Below, in pieces: positions 17,370 to 18,201 of a stretch of 18,201 nucleotides of DNA (position 1 is the first letter of the stretch; the number at the start of each line of letters is the position of its first letter). The translations under genes were made by a program, and so were the position numbers. This DNA is from Gammaproteobacteria bacterium (GTDB lineage Bacteria; Pseudomonadota; Gammaproteobacteria; UBA4575), in NCBI GenBank assembly GCA_965221955.1, contig CBDCTA010000019.1, positions 1 through 18,201 on the forward strand, given 5' to 3'. The notes under the pieces were generated by a model. That model was not told the origin of the DNA. It made no database searches and was given only the letters and a program-made list of their open reading frames with translations.

Positions 17370-18201
17370 TTAGTTAATTAAACTTGCAAGTTCAGCAGCC
17401 TTTTTCATCGCGCCCGCTTTATTATTGGTTTCGATCCACTCATTATCAGGATTGGAATCATAAACAATCCCTGCTCCAGCTTGAATATAGAGTTTTTCAT
17501 CCTTTATGACTGCTGTGCGAATCGCAATAGCCGTATCCATATTGCCATCCCAAGAAATATAGCCTACTGCACCTGAATAAATACCGCGTTTCGTGGGTTC
17601 AAACTCATCAATTATTTCCATAGCGCGAATTTTTGGTGCACCGCTTACGGTGCCTGCAGGAAACGTTGCTTTTAATACATCGACCGCATCTAGCTTGTTC
17701 GTTAATTTACCGATTACATTTGAAACAATATGCATAACATGCGAATAACGCTCAATGATCATTTTGTCGGTCAACATTACGCTGCCTGTTTGCGCCACTC
17801 GACCCACATCATTACGACCAAGATCAATCAACATTAAATGCTCGGCTAGCTCTTTAGGGTCAGCTAACAATTCCATTTCTAATTCATGATCTTGTTGCGC
17901 ATCTTTACCACGCGGACGTGTACCAGCAATAGGCCGAACTGTCACCTCATCTTCTTCTAGACGAACTAAAATTTCAGGAGAAGAACCAACAATATAAAAA
18001 TCCTCCATATTCATGTAATACATATAAGGAGAAGGATTTAAACTTCGCAAACTTCGGTATAAATTGATCGGCGCAACCGTAAAATCTGTGCTTTGTCTTT
18101 GTGATAATACAACTTGCATTACATCACCTGCACGAATGTATTCACGCGTCGCATCTACTGCATGTTTAAATTCATCTTCTGAAAATTCTGAAACGAACTT
18201 G
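17370..18201 (-). CDS. trpE: Anthranilate synthase component I (5'-truncated by the window edge)
   Basis: [53 protein letters not shown]; frame open to the window end (...[12 protein letters not shown]). Confidence 0.96.
   Translation of the reverse strand, partial: KFVSEFSEDEFKHAVDATREYIRAGDVMQVVLSQRQSTDFTVAPINLYRSLRSLNPSPYMYYMNMEDFYIVGSSPEILVRLEEDEVTVRPIAGTRPRGKDAQQDHELEMELLADPKELAEHLMLIDLGRNDVGRVAQTGSVMLTDKMIIERYSHVMHIVSNVIGKLTNKLDAVDVLKATFPAGTVSGAPKIRAMEIIDEFEPTKRGIYSGAVGYISWDGNMDTAIAIRTAVIKDEKLYIQAGAGIVYDSNPDNEWIETNNKAGAMKKAAELASLIN

Overview
AT-rich, probably gammaproteobacterial chromosomal window (inferred from gene content) with four blocks. (1) 23-6538, minus strand: a TonB-dependent uptake operon (TBDR, PepSY-TM protein, exbB, two exbD, tonB) ending in a Rap1a-like secreted protein. 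(2) 6957-9615: a ZnuD-like TBDR divergent from a MerC-family membrane protein, with two tandem Zur boxes between them. (3) 9736-14440: nhaR-nhaA divergent from an AT-rich cluster. That cluster encodes two HPF/RaiA-family paralogues, a YfdX-like secreted protein, a 34-aa CxxCxxC membrane microprotein missed by the ORF track and an orphan SufU-like protein, and contains a C-rich double-hairpin element. It is the best candidate for an undescribed system. (4) 14504-18201, minus strand: trpE (partial)-trpG-trpD-trpC-psiE. merC, nhaA and trpG each carry a +1 frameshift in a short homopolymer, and the TBDR start and the ZnuD C-terminus each appear to lack one base, which suggests long-read indel errors. 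No tRNA, rRNA, CRISPR array or transposase was seen. All family calls come from motif recognition by eye, not database searches.
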